A stretch of DNA of 64,000 nucleotides from positions 448,001-512,000 of the forward strand of contig CAWDSK010000001.1 in assembly GCA_963804995.1 (NCBI GenBank), written 5' to 3'. Below the pieces are notes generated by a model. It was given only the letters and a program-made list of their open reading frames with translations. It was not told the origin of the DNA and did not search any database. Source of the stretch: an uncultured Acidobacteriota bacterium (lineage in GTDB: Bacteria; Acidobacteriota; Terriglobia; UBA7540). Positions 18,826-29,167 of this stretch are shown one piece after another. The position numbers were made by a program, and so were the translations under genes. Every line of letters begins with the position of its first letter. Within the stretch, counting starts at the first letter, position 1.

Positions 18826-20763
18826 TTACCATTTCGCAGCCCGAGTGTCGATAAGCTGTTGAGCCCAATTGATGAACTCCCCAACCGGGCGGGAACCGGC
18901 ATCGCCGGAGTCTCTACGCCGAACCGCTACGCTGTGGGTCTGGGCCTCGCGGTCGCCCACGACGAGCATGAAGGGAACCTTCTGCAATTGGGCGTCCCGG
19001 ATGCGCGAATTCAACTTCTCGTTGCGGTTGTCCAGTTGTACACGCAGCTTCGCCCCGCGGAGTTCCTCGAAAACCGTCTGAGCATAAGACAGATGTTTGT
19101 CGCTAATGGGCAAAACTACGGCTTGAACCGGCGCTAACCACACGGGAAAGGCTCCGGCATAGTGCTCAATCAGAACTCCAAAGAACCTTTCAATGGACCC
19201 GAGTAGCGCGCGATGCACCATGACCGGAGTGTGGGGATGGCCGTCCGATCCCGCGTACTCCAAACCGAAACGCCGCGGCAGGTTGAAATCAAACTGCACA
19301 GTGGTAAGTTGCCAGGGGCGCCCGATGGCGTCCACCAGCTTGATATCGATCTTCGGCCCGTAAAACACCGCTTCCCCTGGCATGTATTTGAAGGGGATGT
19401 CCATGCGCTTCAGCGTGTTCATCAAAGCGCCTTCTGACTGCGCCCATTCTTCCTCGGTGCCCGCGTAATGTGCGGGATCTCCCGGATCGCGGGCCGAAAG
19501 CTCGACTTGGTAGTGGTCGAAGCCGAACGTCTTGAGCACCAGGAAAGCGAAATCCACACAAGCCTGAACTTCGGACTCGAGCTGTTCGGGCATGCAAAAA
19601 ACGTGGGCGTCATCCTGCGTGAACCCGCGCACGCGTAGTAGTCCGTGCATGACGCCCGAGCGCTCGTAGCGGTATACCGTGCCGAGCTCCGCCAACCTCA
19701 TGGGCAGCTCGCGATAACTGCGCGCCCGCGACTTGTAGATCAGGATGTGCCCGGGGCAGTTCATGGGCTTGAGCTGATACTGGTCGTTTTCTACTTCCAT
19801 CGCCCCGAACATGTTCTCGCGATAAAAGTTCGTGTGGCCGCTGGTTTCCCAAAGATGCAAGCGCATGGCATGCGGAGTAAAAACCAGATCGTACCCGCGA
19901 GCCGTCAACTCATCGCGCAGCCAATCCTCTATTTCCCTGCGAATCACCCCACCCTTGGGGTGCCAGAAAATCAGCCCTGGCCCCGCATCGTCCTGAATGC
20001 TGAAAAGATCGAGGTCCTTGCCCAGGCGGCGATGGTCACGCTTTTTGGCCTCCTCGATCTGCTGGAGAAATGCATCCAGGTCCTTTTGGGTGAAGAAGGC
20101 GGTCCCGTAAATACGCTGCATGGGGTGCGATTTCTCATCACCCTTCCAGTGAGCTCCCGCCACGCTCAGCAGCTTGAACGCCTTGATTCGACCGGTGGAG
20201 GGAACGTGCGGCCCGCGGCAGAAGTCCAGGAACTTGCCGGTGCGGTACGCGGAAAACACCGGGTCGGCTTTTTCCTCGATCAGTTGGCACTTCAGGAATT
20301 CGCCCATCTGGTCAAAGATCTTCAGGCCTTCTTCTTTGGGATAATAGACACGCTCGTTGGGCAAATCAGCCTTGACGAGCTCCCGCATCTTCGCCTCGAT
20401 CTTTTCGAGATCCTCTTCCGTGAAGGGCTTCTCGCGGTAGAAATCGTAAAAGAAGCCGGTCTCGGTGGGTGGCCCGATGCCCGGATGAGCGTCCGGAAAG
20501 AGGTCCGTGACCGCCGCGGCCAGCAAGTGCGCGGAGGAGTGGCGAAAAATCTCCAGGCCTTCGGGAGATGCGGGGGTGATGAACTGAATGGGCCCGCCCG
20601 CCTCGAGCTTCGTCGAAAGATCGATGAGCTGGTCGCCCACCTTCGCGGCCACCGCATCAGCAGCCAGACGTGGGCCGATCGATTTCGCAACCTCTAGCGC
20701 CGTAGTGCCCTGGGAATATTCTCGGGATGCCCCATCCGGGAAACTTACTTGAATGTTAGCCAT
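18826..20763 (-). CDS. thrS: Threonyl-tRNA synthetase
   Basis: TGS domain, HSSAHLLA, KRDHRRLG, KPMNCPGH, LRVRGFTQDDAH. Confidence 0.97.
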   Translation of the reverse strand: MANIQVSFPDGASREYSQGTTALEVAKSIGPRLAADAVAAKVGDQLIDLSTKLEAGGPIQFITPASPEGLEIFRHSSAHLLAAAVTDLFPDAHPGIGPPTETGFFYDFYREKPFTEEDLEKIEAKMRELVKADLPNERVYYPKEEGLKIFDQMGEFLKCQLIEEKADPVFSAYRTGKFLDFCRGPHVPSTGRIKAFKLLSVAGAHWKGDEKSHPMQRIYGTAFFTQKDLDAFLQQIEEAKKRDHRRLGKDLDLFSIQDDAGPGLIFWHPKGGVIRREIEDWLRDELTARGYDLVFTPHAMRLHLWETSGHTNFYRENMFGAMEVENDQYQLKPMNCPGHILIYKSRARSYRELPMRLAELGTVYRYERSGVMHGLLRVRGFTQDDAHVFCMPEQLESEVQACVDFAFLVLKTFGFDHYQVELSARDPGDPAHYAGTEEEWAQSEGALMNTLKRMDIPFKYMPGEAVFYGPKIDIKLVDAIGRPWQLTTVQFDFNLPRRFGLEYAGSDGHPHTPVMVHRALLGSIERFFGVLIEHYAGAFPVWLAPVQAVVLPISDKHLSYAQTVFEELRGAKLRVQLDNRNEKLNSRIRDAQLQKVPFMLVVGDREAQTHSVAVRRRDSGDAGSRPVGEFINWAQQLIDTRAAKW

Positions 20764-20942
20764 TGCTTAGGTTGTTTCCTGCCTTCAAAGTGCAAACTCT
20801 AACTATAACAATGAGTGTACCAATTGGTCAAACGTGAGGCTTCACTAGGGTGCGCGACATAAATGTAACGCTCTGGGCTGGCTCTTTTTTTGTCGCTTAT
20901 ATCCTAACGTATATGATACGTTAGGATAGAGGAGGCCTTAAC

Positions 20943-21348
20943 ATGCCCCAATCCCTTGAACGTCCTGGAGAACCAACGGGCGGAGTTGATCCGCCAGATC
21001 GCCCAACTGGGTGACCTCCGCAGTGGTTCGATCACCAGCATTACCGCCCGCTGCGGCAAGTCCAACTGTCACTGTCATCAGCCCCATCATCCCGGCCACG
21101 GCCCTAACTTCCGGCTCACTTACAAGGTGCAGGGCCGGACCGTCAGCGAAACCTTCCCCAGCCCTGCCGCCCGGCACCAGGCGGAACGACAGATTGCCGA
21201 GTTCCGCAGGTTTCAACAACTGCGCCGGGCCTTCGTGGAGGTGAACGAAAAAATCTGCCGTCAGCGCCCCCTCCCCCAGGAGGCCGAAGCGGCGGAGCAG
21301 GAAAAAAAACGGCGGAAGCCATTCAGCGGGAAGTGGCGCGAGAAGTAG
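20943..21348 (+). CDS. IS accessory ORF (DUF6788-like Zn finger); +1 frameshift after MPQS
   Basis: GGAGG RBS, ATG 20943; GSI..CGKSNCHC..GHGP motif; ends at an A8 run. Confidence 0.75.
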
Positions 21349-22661
21349 AGTCCCTGCTGGCGGTGATCTTTGCTGGGCGGCGCAAGTCCGGGACGCTGGA
21401 TTTGGAAGCCGTTGAGATGGCCACACGCGCGGCCATGCACCGGGCGGGGGCGGCGGTGCTGGAGGAGTTGCTGGCCGCCCCGGACGAGTGCCCTCGCCAA
21501 GTTCCCTGCGGCTGTGGTCGGGGGGCCCCCTACCGTGGCAGGCGTCGGAAGCAACTGCTGACCGTGCTGGGGCGGGTTGAGACCGAGCGTCCCTATTACG
21601 TTTGTCCGGCCTGTCACCGGGGACAGAGTCCCCGCGATCAGGAACTGGATGTGGAGGGCACGGAATATTCTCCTGGGGTGCGACGGATGATGGCGGTGGT
21701 GGGCAGCGAAACCTCCTTTGCGCTCGGTTGAGAACAACTGCAACTGCTGGCCGGGTTGGAGGTGACCACCAAGGCCGTGGAACGGCAGGCAGAGGCTCTG
21801 GGCGCCGAGATTGCCGCCCAGGAACAAGCCTCGATCCAGCAAGGCCTGCAACGGAACTTGCCGCAGGTGAGGGGACCGGAAATTCCGGTACTCTATGTGG
21901 AGATGGATGGGACGGGAGTACCGGTGGTGAGTTCGGAAACCGAGGGTCGAGCGGGGAAACAGAGCGAGCAAGCGCGCCCGCGGGAAGTGAAATTAGGTTG
22001 TGTCTTCGCCCAGACGACACGGGATGCCCGGGGCCGACCGGCGCGCGAAGAAGGCTCCACCACCTACACGGGAGGCATCGAAACGGCCGAGGTTTTTGGG
22101 CGACGCATCTACCTCGAAGCATATCGTCGGGGCTGGAACCGGGCCCAAAAGAAAGTGGTGATCGGCGATGGTGCTCCTTGGATTTGGAACCTCACCGCCG
22201 AGCACTTTCCGGGAGCCATTCAGATTGTGGATCTTTATCATGCCCGACAGCACTTATGGGAGCTGTCGGGCCAGCTCTGGCCCACCGACGAGCGCCACCG
22301 CCGAAGGTGGACCAGAAAACGGGAGGAGAAGTTGGAGAGCGGGCGGATCGAATCCCTAGTGCGCGATTTGCGCTCGCTGTTCCCAGCCACGCCCGAAGCC
22401 GCCGAACTCTTGCGCCACGCGGCAGATTATTTTACCGTCAACGCCCAACGGATGCGCTATCCGACCTTTCGGCGTCAGCATCTGTTCGTAGGTTCCGGGG
22501 TTGTCGAAGCCGGCTGCAAAACCCTCATCGGCACTCGGCTGAAGCGCTCCGGTATGTTCTGGAGGGTCCGCGGGGCCAATGCCATCATCGCCCTTCGCTG
22601 CCATCGCTTGAGCGGCAAATTCGAGGATTACTGGGAGAACCGTCGCCCCCGCGCGGCCTGA
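21333..22661 (+). pseudogene. ISKra4 DDE transposase interrupted by in-frame TGA at 21729-21731
   Basis: Both ORF pieces are in the same frame; CGCG, RPYYVCPAC, MDGTGVP, GDGAPWIW, DLYHA, GSGVVEAGCK. Confidence 0.88.
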
Positions 22662-23352
22662 CCCACACAGATTTGTCGCACACCCCTTCACTACACAAAC
22701 CTAATAATCCCGTTTCTGATTCCTCCGGGCAGGCGAATGGGTGGTTGCGTTCTTCCGCTTGACAACACCCCATTACCCATTATTTCCCTATCATAAGTAT
22801 AAATTAAGGCTGCTGTCCCACAGTCCGACCTTCCTACCTTGGGATGCGGTCAGAATGACCGTCTGGCACTGCTGGGACGGGTCTCTGGTACCGCTTAATG
22901 CGACACCTTACCCTCATACTTGGCCAAGTAATGTGACAGGCGTCAGCTAGTAAATTGCCCAACACGTTGATTTTCAAGCGATTGACATTACCCGTTCACG
23001 TGACTTTTTGTGCCGTACAACCGGTCAAAACGACACTTCAGCGCAATCTCCTTAACCTTAACTCCTCTAACTCGTATCATTTGCACGCGAAACTCTGGGG
23101 CCTCGGACCATCGTGGGTTTCACCTGTGGTGGTCTCCGCGACACCAAATTTGGGTGCGCTAGCACTGATTCGTATGTTCCGGCGCAGGGAGAGGCGTGAG
23201 GTGGCTTGCCATCCACGTTTTTGCCACAAAGCGCCAAGTTGAGAAACTCGGGTTCAGGTCCGTCCCAGACCCGGCGACTCGGGGGTTCGAGGGCAAGCGC
23301 GCACCGCTCCGCGGGGAGCGATCGTCATTTTAGGGGGAGAGGATAAATCACT

Positions 23353-25440
23353 ATGCCGAGAATCAGAGGTCAGCGGCTCATGAAGTACGTGGACCAAGGT
23401 GTATGCTCGACCGCCACCGTCCTATACGATACCATTCAGTTCTTCAATAAATACCGCCCCGGTCCGACCTTCATTCCCAGGTGGTCTGACAAGCCACTGC
23501 TGAAATCCTGGCAGAAGACCAAGCCGCAGCTGGGCTGGCCCCGCCAGACCGACTCGCTGTGCCCGGAGTGTGTGAAGGAGGCGCGCGAGCGGATTCTGAA
23601 CGGAGACCAGAACTGGCAAACTCTGCTCTCTGAAAAGGTGGGCGAGATCAAGGCCAACATTGTTGAGCGTGACGGCCAGATCTGGATGGTAAAGGATTGC
23701 CCCATCCACGGCCACTTCGAAGACATGATGGCCGTCGATTCCCACTTCCTCGAATGGATTGAGAAGAACTTTCCCGGCCGCGACATTCGCGCCCACAACG
23801 ATGAGGGCCTGCACAATCACGGCTTCAGCTCGATCAAGCACGGCCGCGGCTCCGTGCTGACCGTGGACCTCACCAACCGCTGCAACATGATGTGCGACCC
23901 CTGCTTTATGGACGCCAACCAGGTGGGCTTTGTCCACGAATTGACCTGGGAAGACGTGAAGGAAATTCTCGACAACGCCATCACCATCAAGCCGCGGCGC
24001 CAGATGTCGGTGCAGTTCTCCGGTGGCGAGCCCACCATGTCGCCGTACTTCATCGACGCCATCCGCTACGCGCGCAAGCTGGGTTACAACAGCGTGCAGG
24101 CTGCGACCAATGGCATCGAGTTTGCCAAGAGCAAGGAATTCTGCCGACGCGCTTTTGAAGCGGGCCTGCGTTATGCCTACCTGCAATTTGACGGGATCGG
24201 CAACGACGCCAACAACCACCGCCAGGTGGGCAACCTGTTCGACGTCAAGTTGCGCGCCATTGAGAACATGCACGAGGCCGGCATTGAGATCATCCTGGTA
24301 GTAACCATTGTCAACAATGTAAACAATGACCAGGTCGGTCCCATCGTCAACTTCGCCCGCAACAACCCCAAGAAAGTTGCCTTTGTAGCCTTCCAACCGG
24401 TTTCGTTCACCGGCCGGGATGAGGACATCACTCCGCAGCGCCGGCTGCGTCAGCGCTATACCCTGGCGCATCTTGCCAGCGACGTGAAGAAGCAGACCGG
24501 CATCACTGAGCCCACGCGCGATTGGTTCCCCATTTCGCTGATGGGCGCTTTCGCGGATTTTGCCGACCTGGTGCACGGGCCGGAGGCGCAGTGGGGCCAG
24601 GTAAGCTGCGGCTGCCATCCGAACTGCGGCGTGGGCACCGCCCTGATGATCAACAAGGAAACCAAGGAATGGGCGCCCGTCCCGCAATTTCTTGACATCC
24701 CCCAGCTCGTGAAGGATATGCAGGGCATCACGGACGCGGCGCGGGGCAAGACGTTTTCAAACCTCATGATGGGTCTGGCCCTGCTCAAGAACTACAAGCC
24801 GATGCGGGCTCCCAAGAGCCTGGCGCTGATCGACCTCCTGAAGAAATTCGACAAATCCTTCGCGCTCACCGGCGAGGCGCGCGCCCGCAAGAAGTATGGC
24901 GCCTCGGACCCCAACCGCACGCTGGAAGACGCCATGAAGCGCCGTTCCGATCCCTGGAACTTCCTCTTCATCGCCGGCATGTGGTTCCAGGACCTTTTCA
25001 ACTATGACTTCCGCCGCACCGAGATGTGCATCATTCCTTACGCCACGCAGCAGGGTGAAATCTCCTTCTGCGCTTACAACACCGGCATCGGCTGGCGGAA
25101 GATTCTGGAAAATATGTACAAGAACGCGTCGGTCGCCGAGTGGTACAAGACCCACGGCAAGCACGAAATCTACGCGAAAGGCAAGGAAGTGAAGCTGGAT
25201 ACGACCCAGCATTCCCTTTACGTGAATGCCGAGGACGCGGCGCGCGTTCGCAGCCTTGACCACGATGTTCCTCATACCGCGGCGGAAGAAGATAAAGCCC
25301 GCCGCAAGGCCGCGTGGGAAGCCCAACAGGCCGCGCAAGCCCGGCAGGTCTATGAGGAAATGGTTCTCAAGAAGCCCAAAGCGGAGCTGGTGCAGATCGG
25401 CGCCACAGCCAAACCCGAGGAAGAAAAAATTACTGTCTAG
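23353..25440 (+). CDS. Radical SAM protein, tetraether synthase (Tes/GDGT-MAS)-like
   Basis: SLCPEC and KDCPIHG N-terminal motifs, DLTNRCNMMCDPC, QFSGGEPT, YLQFDG, FQPVSFTGR, CGCHPNCG, FQDLFNYDFRR..CIIPY..FCAYN. Confidence 0.85.
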   Translation: MPRIRGQRLMKYVDQGVCSTATVLYDTIQFFNKYRPGPTFIPRWSDKPLLKSWQKTKPQLGWPRQTDSLCPECVKEARERILNGDQNWQTLLSEKVGEIKANIVERDGQIWMVKDCPIHGHFEDMMAVDSHFLEWIEKNFPGRDIRAHNDEGLHNHGFSSIKHGRGSVLTVDLTNRCNMMCDPCFMDANQVGFVHELTWEDVKEILDNAITIKPRRQMSVQFSGGEPTMSPYFIDAIRYARKLGYNSVQAATNGIEFAKSKEFCRRAFEAGLRYAYLQFDGIGNDANNHRQVGNLFDVKLRAIENMHEAGIEIILVVTIVNNVNNDQVGPIVNFARNNPKKVAFVAFQPVSFTGRDEDITPQRRLRQRYTLAHLASDVKKQTGITEPTRDWFPISLMGAFADFADLVHGPEAQWGQVSCGCHPNCGVGTALMINKETKEWAPVPQFLDIPQLVKDMQGITDAARGKTFSNLMMGLALLKNYKPMRAPKSLALIDLLKKFDKSFALTGEARARKKYGASDPNRTLEDAMKRRSDPWNFLFIAGMWFQDLFNYDFRRTEMCIIPYATQQGEISFCAYNTGIGWRKILENMYKNASVAEWYKTHGKHEIYAKGKEVKLDTTQHSLYVNAEDAARVRSLDHDVPHTAAEEDKARRKAAWEAQQAAQARQVYEEMVLKKPKAELVQIGATAKPEEEKITV

Positions 25441-25717
25441 TGTAGTGTTCAGGAAATGGCTGGACAACTGGGTTGGCCGTAGCGCCGGCATCCTGCCGGC
25501 AAATGCCGCCAAGGCGGCCCTTTTTGTTTTGCGTCAGAATGAATCAGGTAGCCACGGCAGGAGGCCGCAAGCAAAACGAACCTCTCCGCACTACTAAAGG
25601 CCAAAATATTTGCGGCTTGCACAAATTTTCCAGGTCTGTTTGGTTGTAGCTATGCCGCGCTGTATTGCAATACCGTAAAATCTTGTTTTTTTTAGCAAGG
25701 ATATTGTGCTACTTCCC

Positions 25718-25803
25718 GAAAGTGACCCCTCACCCGTCCCGCGCCGGCTGGTGAAAACGCCGGCCGCGGTCCACCCTCTCCCCTGCGGAGAGGGCTATGA
25801 TTC
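25718..25803 (+). repeat. CCCTCACCC-type palindromic repeat (short form)
   Basis: Near-identical to 62377-62460. Confidence 0.8.
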
Positions 25804-26023
25804 TCTTTTGGTTGTGGCTATGCCGCGCTGTGATCTCTGTGGTGAATAGGTTGTTCCGTTTCGGTGACAGGATGCGGGATGCTTAGCGAAAGAACGGATT
25901 CGTCACAGCGGCAATAGGCGCAGAGTTGAAAAGCAAAAGGATTTCTCTCAGCGACTCCGTGCCTCTGTGGTAGCAATGGCGAGCCGGCCAAGTTCTGCGA
26001 TTTAGTCAAGCCGGTAGCCACCG

Positions 26024-26539
26024 TCAATTTGGACTTTGATGCGAAGGGAGCAGGGTTTCGAGGTCTGGCATGCGGCGCCGCACCAGCTCAGTTTGCTCCG
26101 GAGTGAACAGATTGGTTTTCAGCGATTCGGCGAGCTTCTGGGTAGCATCGAGCTTGGCGCGTGGTGAGGCGTCCGGATCAACCAGAATTCTCTTCCAATT
26201 GTCACGGGCGTTTTCCGCCTCGCGGATTTGCGCGGCGGCTTTGCAAGTCAAGACGAACTCTTGTGTGGAAAGCCCGTGACTCTTGATAACTTTCTGGATC
26301 TTGGGTTGCTTCTTCAAACTGGCGATCTCAGACTCCGTGCTGCCCGTGCCAATGTTGATGGGAAGATTCTTGGATCGCAAATCGTTCAGGACGCCCAGCG
26401 TCTTGTTGAGAGCCTCTTCCGTGAGAACATAATTCGAAGTGTCATCAGCAGAAGCGTTGCCTCCCCAGGCCGCAGCCAGTAACACGATTGAGGCAAGGAT
26501 TGACGTAAGAATGAGTGGACGCCTCGCAGGATCACGCAT
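26024..26539 (-). CDS. Secreted helical hypothetical protein
   Basis: GAGGG RBS, signal peptide ending ASA-DD. Confidence 0.7.
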   Translation of the reverse strand: MRDPARRPLILTSILASIVLLAAAWGGNASADDTSNYVLTEEALNKTLGVLNDLRSKNLPINIGTGSTESEIASLKKQPKIQKVIKSHGLSTQEFVLTCKAAAQIREAENARDNWKRILVDPDASPRAKLDATQKLAESLKTNLFTPEQTELVRRRMPDLETLLPSHQSPN

Positions 26540-26632
26540 GGATACCCCTCTCAGCGCTGGGCCGGGATCGAAAGTTTTACCCTCAGCCCTTTCCGGCCAC
26601 CCTCCTACCTAAGCCTTAGCGGTCAACTCCGT

Positions 26633-26980
26633 TTAATCGGAATCATCCACCAGAGGTACCAGCGGTTTCATGCGAAGCTCAGCGCAGATTTCTCGCAGGA
26701 GTTGCTGGCTGGCTGGTTCGGTATCGTGGAATGACAACCCTGCCTGGCCTTGGGGGCTATTCCAAGCGACCACGGCAGGAGTCCGGAATTCCCGGCCTTT
26801 CCATTCCATAGTGAGTTCACACGCTTGGTGAACATGCAGCGAAGCGGCGTAATCCAGCAAGCAGCCGAGCACGCACAGATCTACCACGACCACCGCAAGG
26901 GTAGTGTTTTCCGCAGGCACGCCGAGGCTGGCCTTCAGATGAGCCGAGTAACGAGGAACTTGCCGTCGCTCCTTAATCAT
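26633..26980 (-). CDS. PilZ domain protein
   Basis: ERRQVPR (RxxxR) and DLCVLG (DxSxxG-like) motifs. Confidence 0.8.
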   Translation of the reverse strand: MIKERRQVPRYSAHLKASLGVPAENTTLAVVVVDLCVLGCLLDYAASLHVHQACELTMEWKGREFRTPAVVAWNSPQGQAGLSFHDTEPASQQLLREICAELRMKPLVPLVDDSD

Positions 26981-27244
26981 GCCCGGAGTGTAATTCCTCC
27001 TCTTTGAAATCGCAATGGCGTTGGGAAACTCCAGGCCATCACCCCCCACGAATTTTCCAAGACCACCCCTACCTGTGGTGCCTCCCCGTTATTTGCACAA
27101 CAAGTTGAAAAATTCTCCCATTCGAAGATAATCGTTTGAGGAGCGTCCACATGTTTGAAGTGCCGCCCAAAGTTGCGGGTTAACGCTGGCAAGCCGGCCC
27201 AATGTTAAGGGAATAGAACGGGTATTCCAAAAGGAAGATCAGAG

Positions 27245-28596
27245 ATGACGGCTACACCTCGAATTCGATTTGCTGAACCACCACCGGCGAAGTGCGTGCT
27301 CGGCCTGGGCGTGATTGGCCTGGGCACGGTCGGAACCGGGACCTTGAAGGTTTTGCCTCGAGCATCGCCGCGAAATCCAGCGACGGGTGGGATGCGAACT
27401 GCAACTCAAGGTCATTTGCTCGCGCACGGTGCACAAGCGCGATCTTTCCTGGCTGGGCACATCCGTGAAGCTGACCTCCGACTGGAAGCAGGTGGTCCGC
27501 GACCCGGAAGTCGATATCGTGGTCGAGTTGGTCGGGGTTCTCTCGACGGCCCGTGCCATCGCCTTTGCCGTGCTCAACGCGGGCAAGCACTTGATCACCG
27601 CCAACAAGCAACTGGTAGCCGAACACGGGGTGGAGCTGGTGGAGCGCAGCCGCGCCCATCACGTCGGACTGGGCATCGAGGCTTGTGTGGCCGGTGGCAC
27701 ACCCGTGCTGCACGCTGTCCGCGAGGGACTGGCGGGCGAAAACTTTAATGCCGTGTACGGCATCCTGAACGGCACCACCAACTACATCTTGACGGAGATG
27801 GAGCGCCGGGGTTGTTCGTTCGCGGAAGCGCTTGCCGAGGCTCAGGAGAAAGGCTACGCCGAACCTGATCCCACCTTCGATGTGGAAGGCTTTGATGCGC
27901 GTTACAAGATTGCCATCCTGGCGATGATGTGCTTTGGCCAGGCCGTGCGTGTGCGCGACATTCCCGTGGAAGGCATCACGCGGATCGAGCAGGTGGATTT
28001 TACCTACGCGCGGCGGCTGGATCATACCTTGCGTCTGGTGGCTGGGGCGCGGCGCCGCACGAGCGACCGCCTGGAAATCTTTGTTCGCCCCATGATCATC
28101 CCTGCGGCTTCGCGCCTGGCCAGCGTGCGAGGGGCAACCAACAGCGTGTTGCTGGTGGGCAACAAGGGCGGCAACACCAGCATCACTGGGAGGGGCGCGG
28201 GCGGTGAGCCCACGGGCGTCGCCGTGCTCTCCGACGTGGTTCAGGTGGCGCGCTCCATCGCAGCAGGTGGCTCAGGCTCGAACGCCGTTCGGGTACGAGA
28301 GTTGGCACCCTTCCAGGATTGCGCCGCCGGATGAAAACGTGGTCGCCACCTACCTTCGACTGGTGGTCCGCGACCGGCCCGGCATCCTGGGGCGCGTGTG
28401 CACCATCCTGGGAAAGCACCGCATCAATATCGACTCGGTTATGCAGGAGCCGGGCTGCACCAAGGGCCACTTGCCGTTCGTCATGACGCTTGAGGCCACT
28501 CAGGAGAAGCACGTGGCGCGCGCCGTCCGGGAGATTTCCCGCCTGTCCTTCCTGGCACAACCTCCGTTCCTCCTCCCCTTTGCCGAGTTGCCGTGA
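27245..28596 (+). CDS. hom: Homoserine dehydrogenase with C-terminal ACT domain; two +1 frameshifts (~27355, ~28280)
   Basis: GLGTVGTG, ITANK, GILNGTTNYIL, GYAEPDPTFDVEG, GRGAG, DRPGILG across three consecutive frames. Confidence 0.88.
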
Positions 28597-28701
28597 CTAT
28601 ACAGGGCGCCATAAATTGTAGCGGCGGTCTATGACCGCCGGTCGGCGCTCATAGAGCGCCGCTACAGCCGAATGCGCAAACACTTATGGCGCTGTGTATA
28701 G
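28597..28701. repeat. REP doublet enclosed in an outer inverted repeat (MITE-like)
   Basis: CTATACAGGGCGCCATAA..TTATGGCGCTGTGTATAG enclosing GTAGCGGCGGTCTATGACCGCC..GAGCGCCGCTAC. Confidence 0.7.
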
Positions 28702-28816
28702 CTTCGCACCAGAACATCGCTTCCGCCACCGCGCTTGACTTCGCATCCGAACGCCTCTAGAGTTGCTCCGAATTTGTCACACCCTGCAATTTCGGTGTCA
28801 GGAGGTAAGTGCGCCT

Positions 28817-29116
28817 ATGATTCCAGTCTTTCACGCCGTACTTGCTGCCATTTTGGGTTCGGGAGGGAGCGCCGCGCCGGCGCATCAATCACGAATCCCC
28901 GTCATAACCTACGGTGCCAATGCCCTTGTGCAGGCGAGCGGCGCCGTGAAGGAATCATCCAACAAGAACCTTAAGGTCACCCACAAGGAAGATTTGAAGA
29001 CGAACAGCAAGGTAATCAAAAACACTGACAAGACCATCAAGAACGAGGGCAAGTTTAATAAAACAGTGAAGGAAGACAAGGTCACTCCTGCGTATAAGGA
29101 AAGCACCATTAAGTAA
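28817..29116 (+). CDS. Lysine-periodic 99-aa peptide, candidate precursor/substrate
   Basis: AGGAGG RBS; 44-aa Lys-free hydrophobic leader, then 55-aa region with 15 Lys. Confidence 0.75.
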   Translation: MIPVFHAVLAAILGSGGSAAPAHQSRIPVITYGANALVQASGAVKESSNKNLKVTHKEDLKTNSKVIKNTDKTIKNEGKFNKTVKEDKVTPAYKESTIK

Positions 29117-29122
29117 GACCTC

Positions 29123-29154
29123 GGCGGCCATTCGGGGTCTCCCGGATGGCCGCC
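29123..29154 (+). other. Intercistronic GC-rich stem-loop without a U-tract
   Basis: GGCGGCCATTCGGG-gtct-CCCGGATGGCCGCC. Confidence 0.6.
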
Positions 29155-29167
29155 CCCTCTTCCTGAG

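Larger units (their letters stand above)
20848..22685 (+). mobile_element. ISKra4-family insertion sequence, complete ends, 8-bp target duplication CTTCACTA
   Basis: TIRs GGGTGCGCGACATAAATGT (20848) and ACAGATTTGTCGCACACCC (ends 22685); CTTCACTA at 20840-20847 and 22686-22693. Confidence 0.9.

Noticed and set aside
21729..21731. In-frame TGA as selenocysteine or readthrough
   Set aside because: Non-catalytic position in a transposase; a CGA>TGA nonsense change is simpler
20938..22122. 394-aa Pro/Arg-rich minus-strand ORF in the IS
   Set aside because: Antisense to orfA and the transposase; low-complexity composition
23422..24687. 421-aa minus-strand ORF
   Set aside because: Shadow of the radical SAM gene
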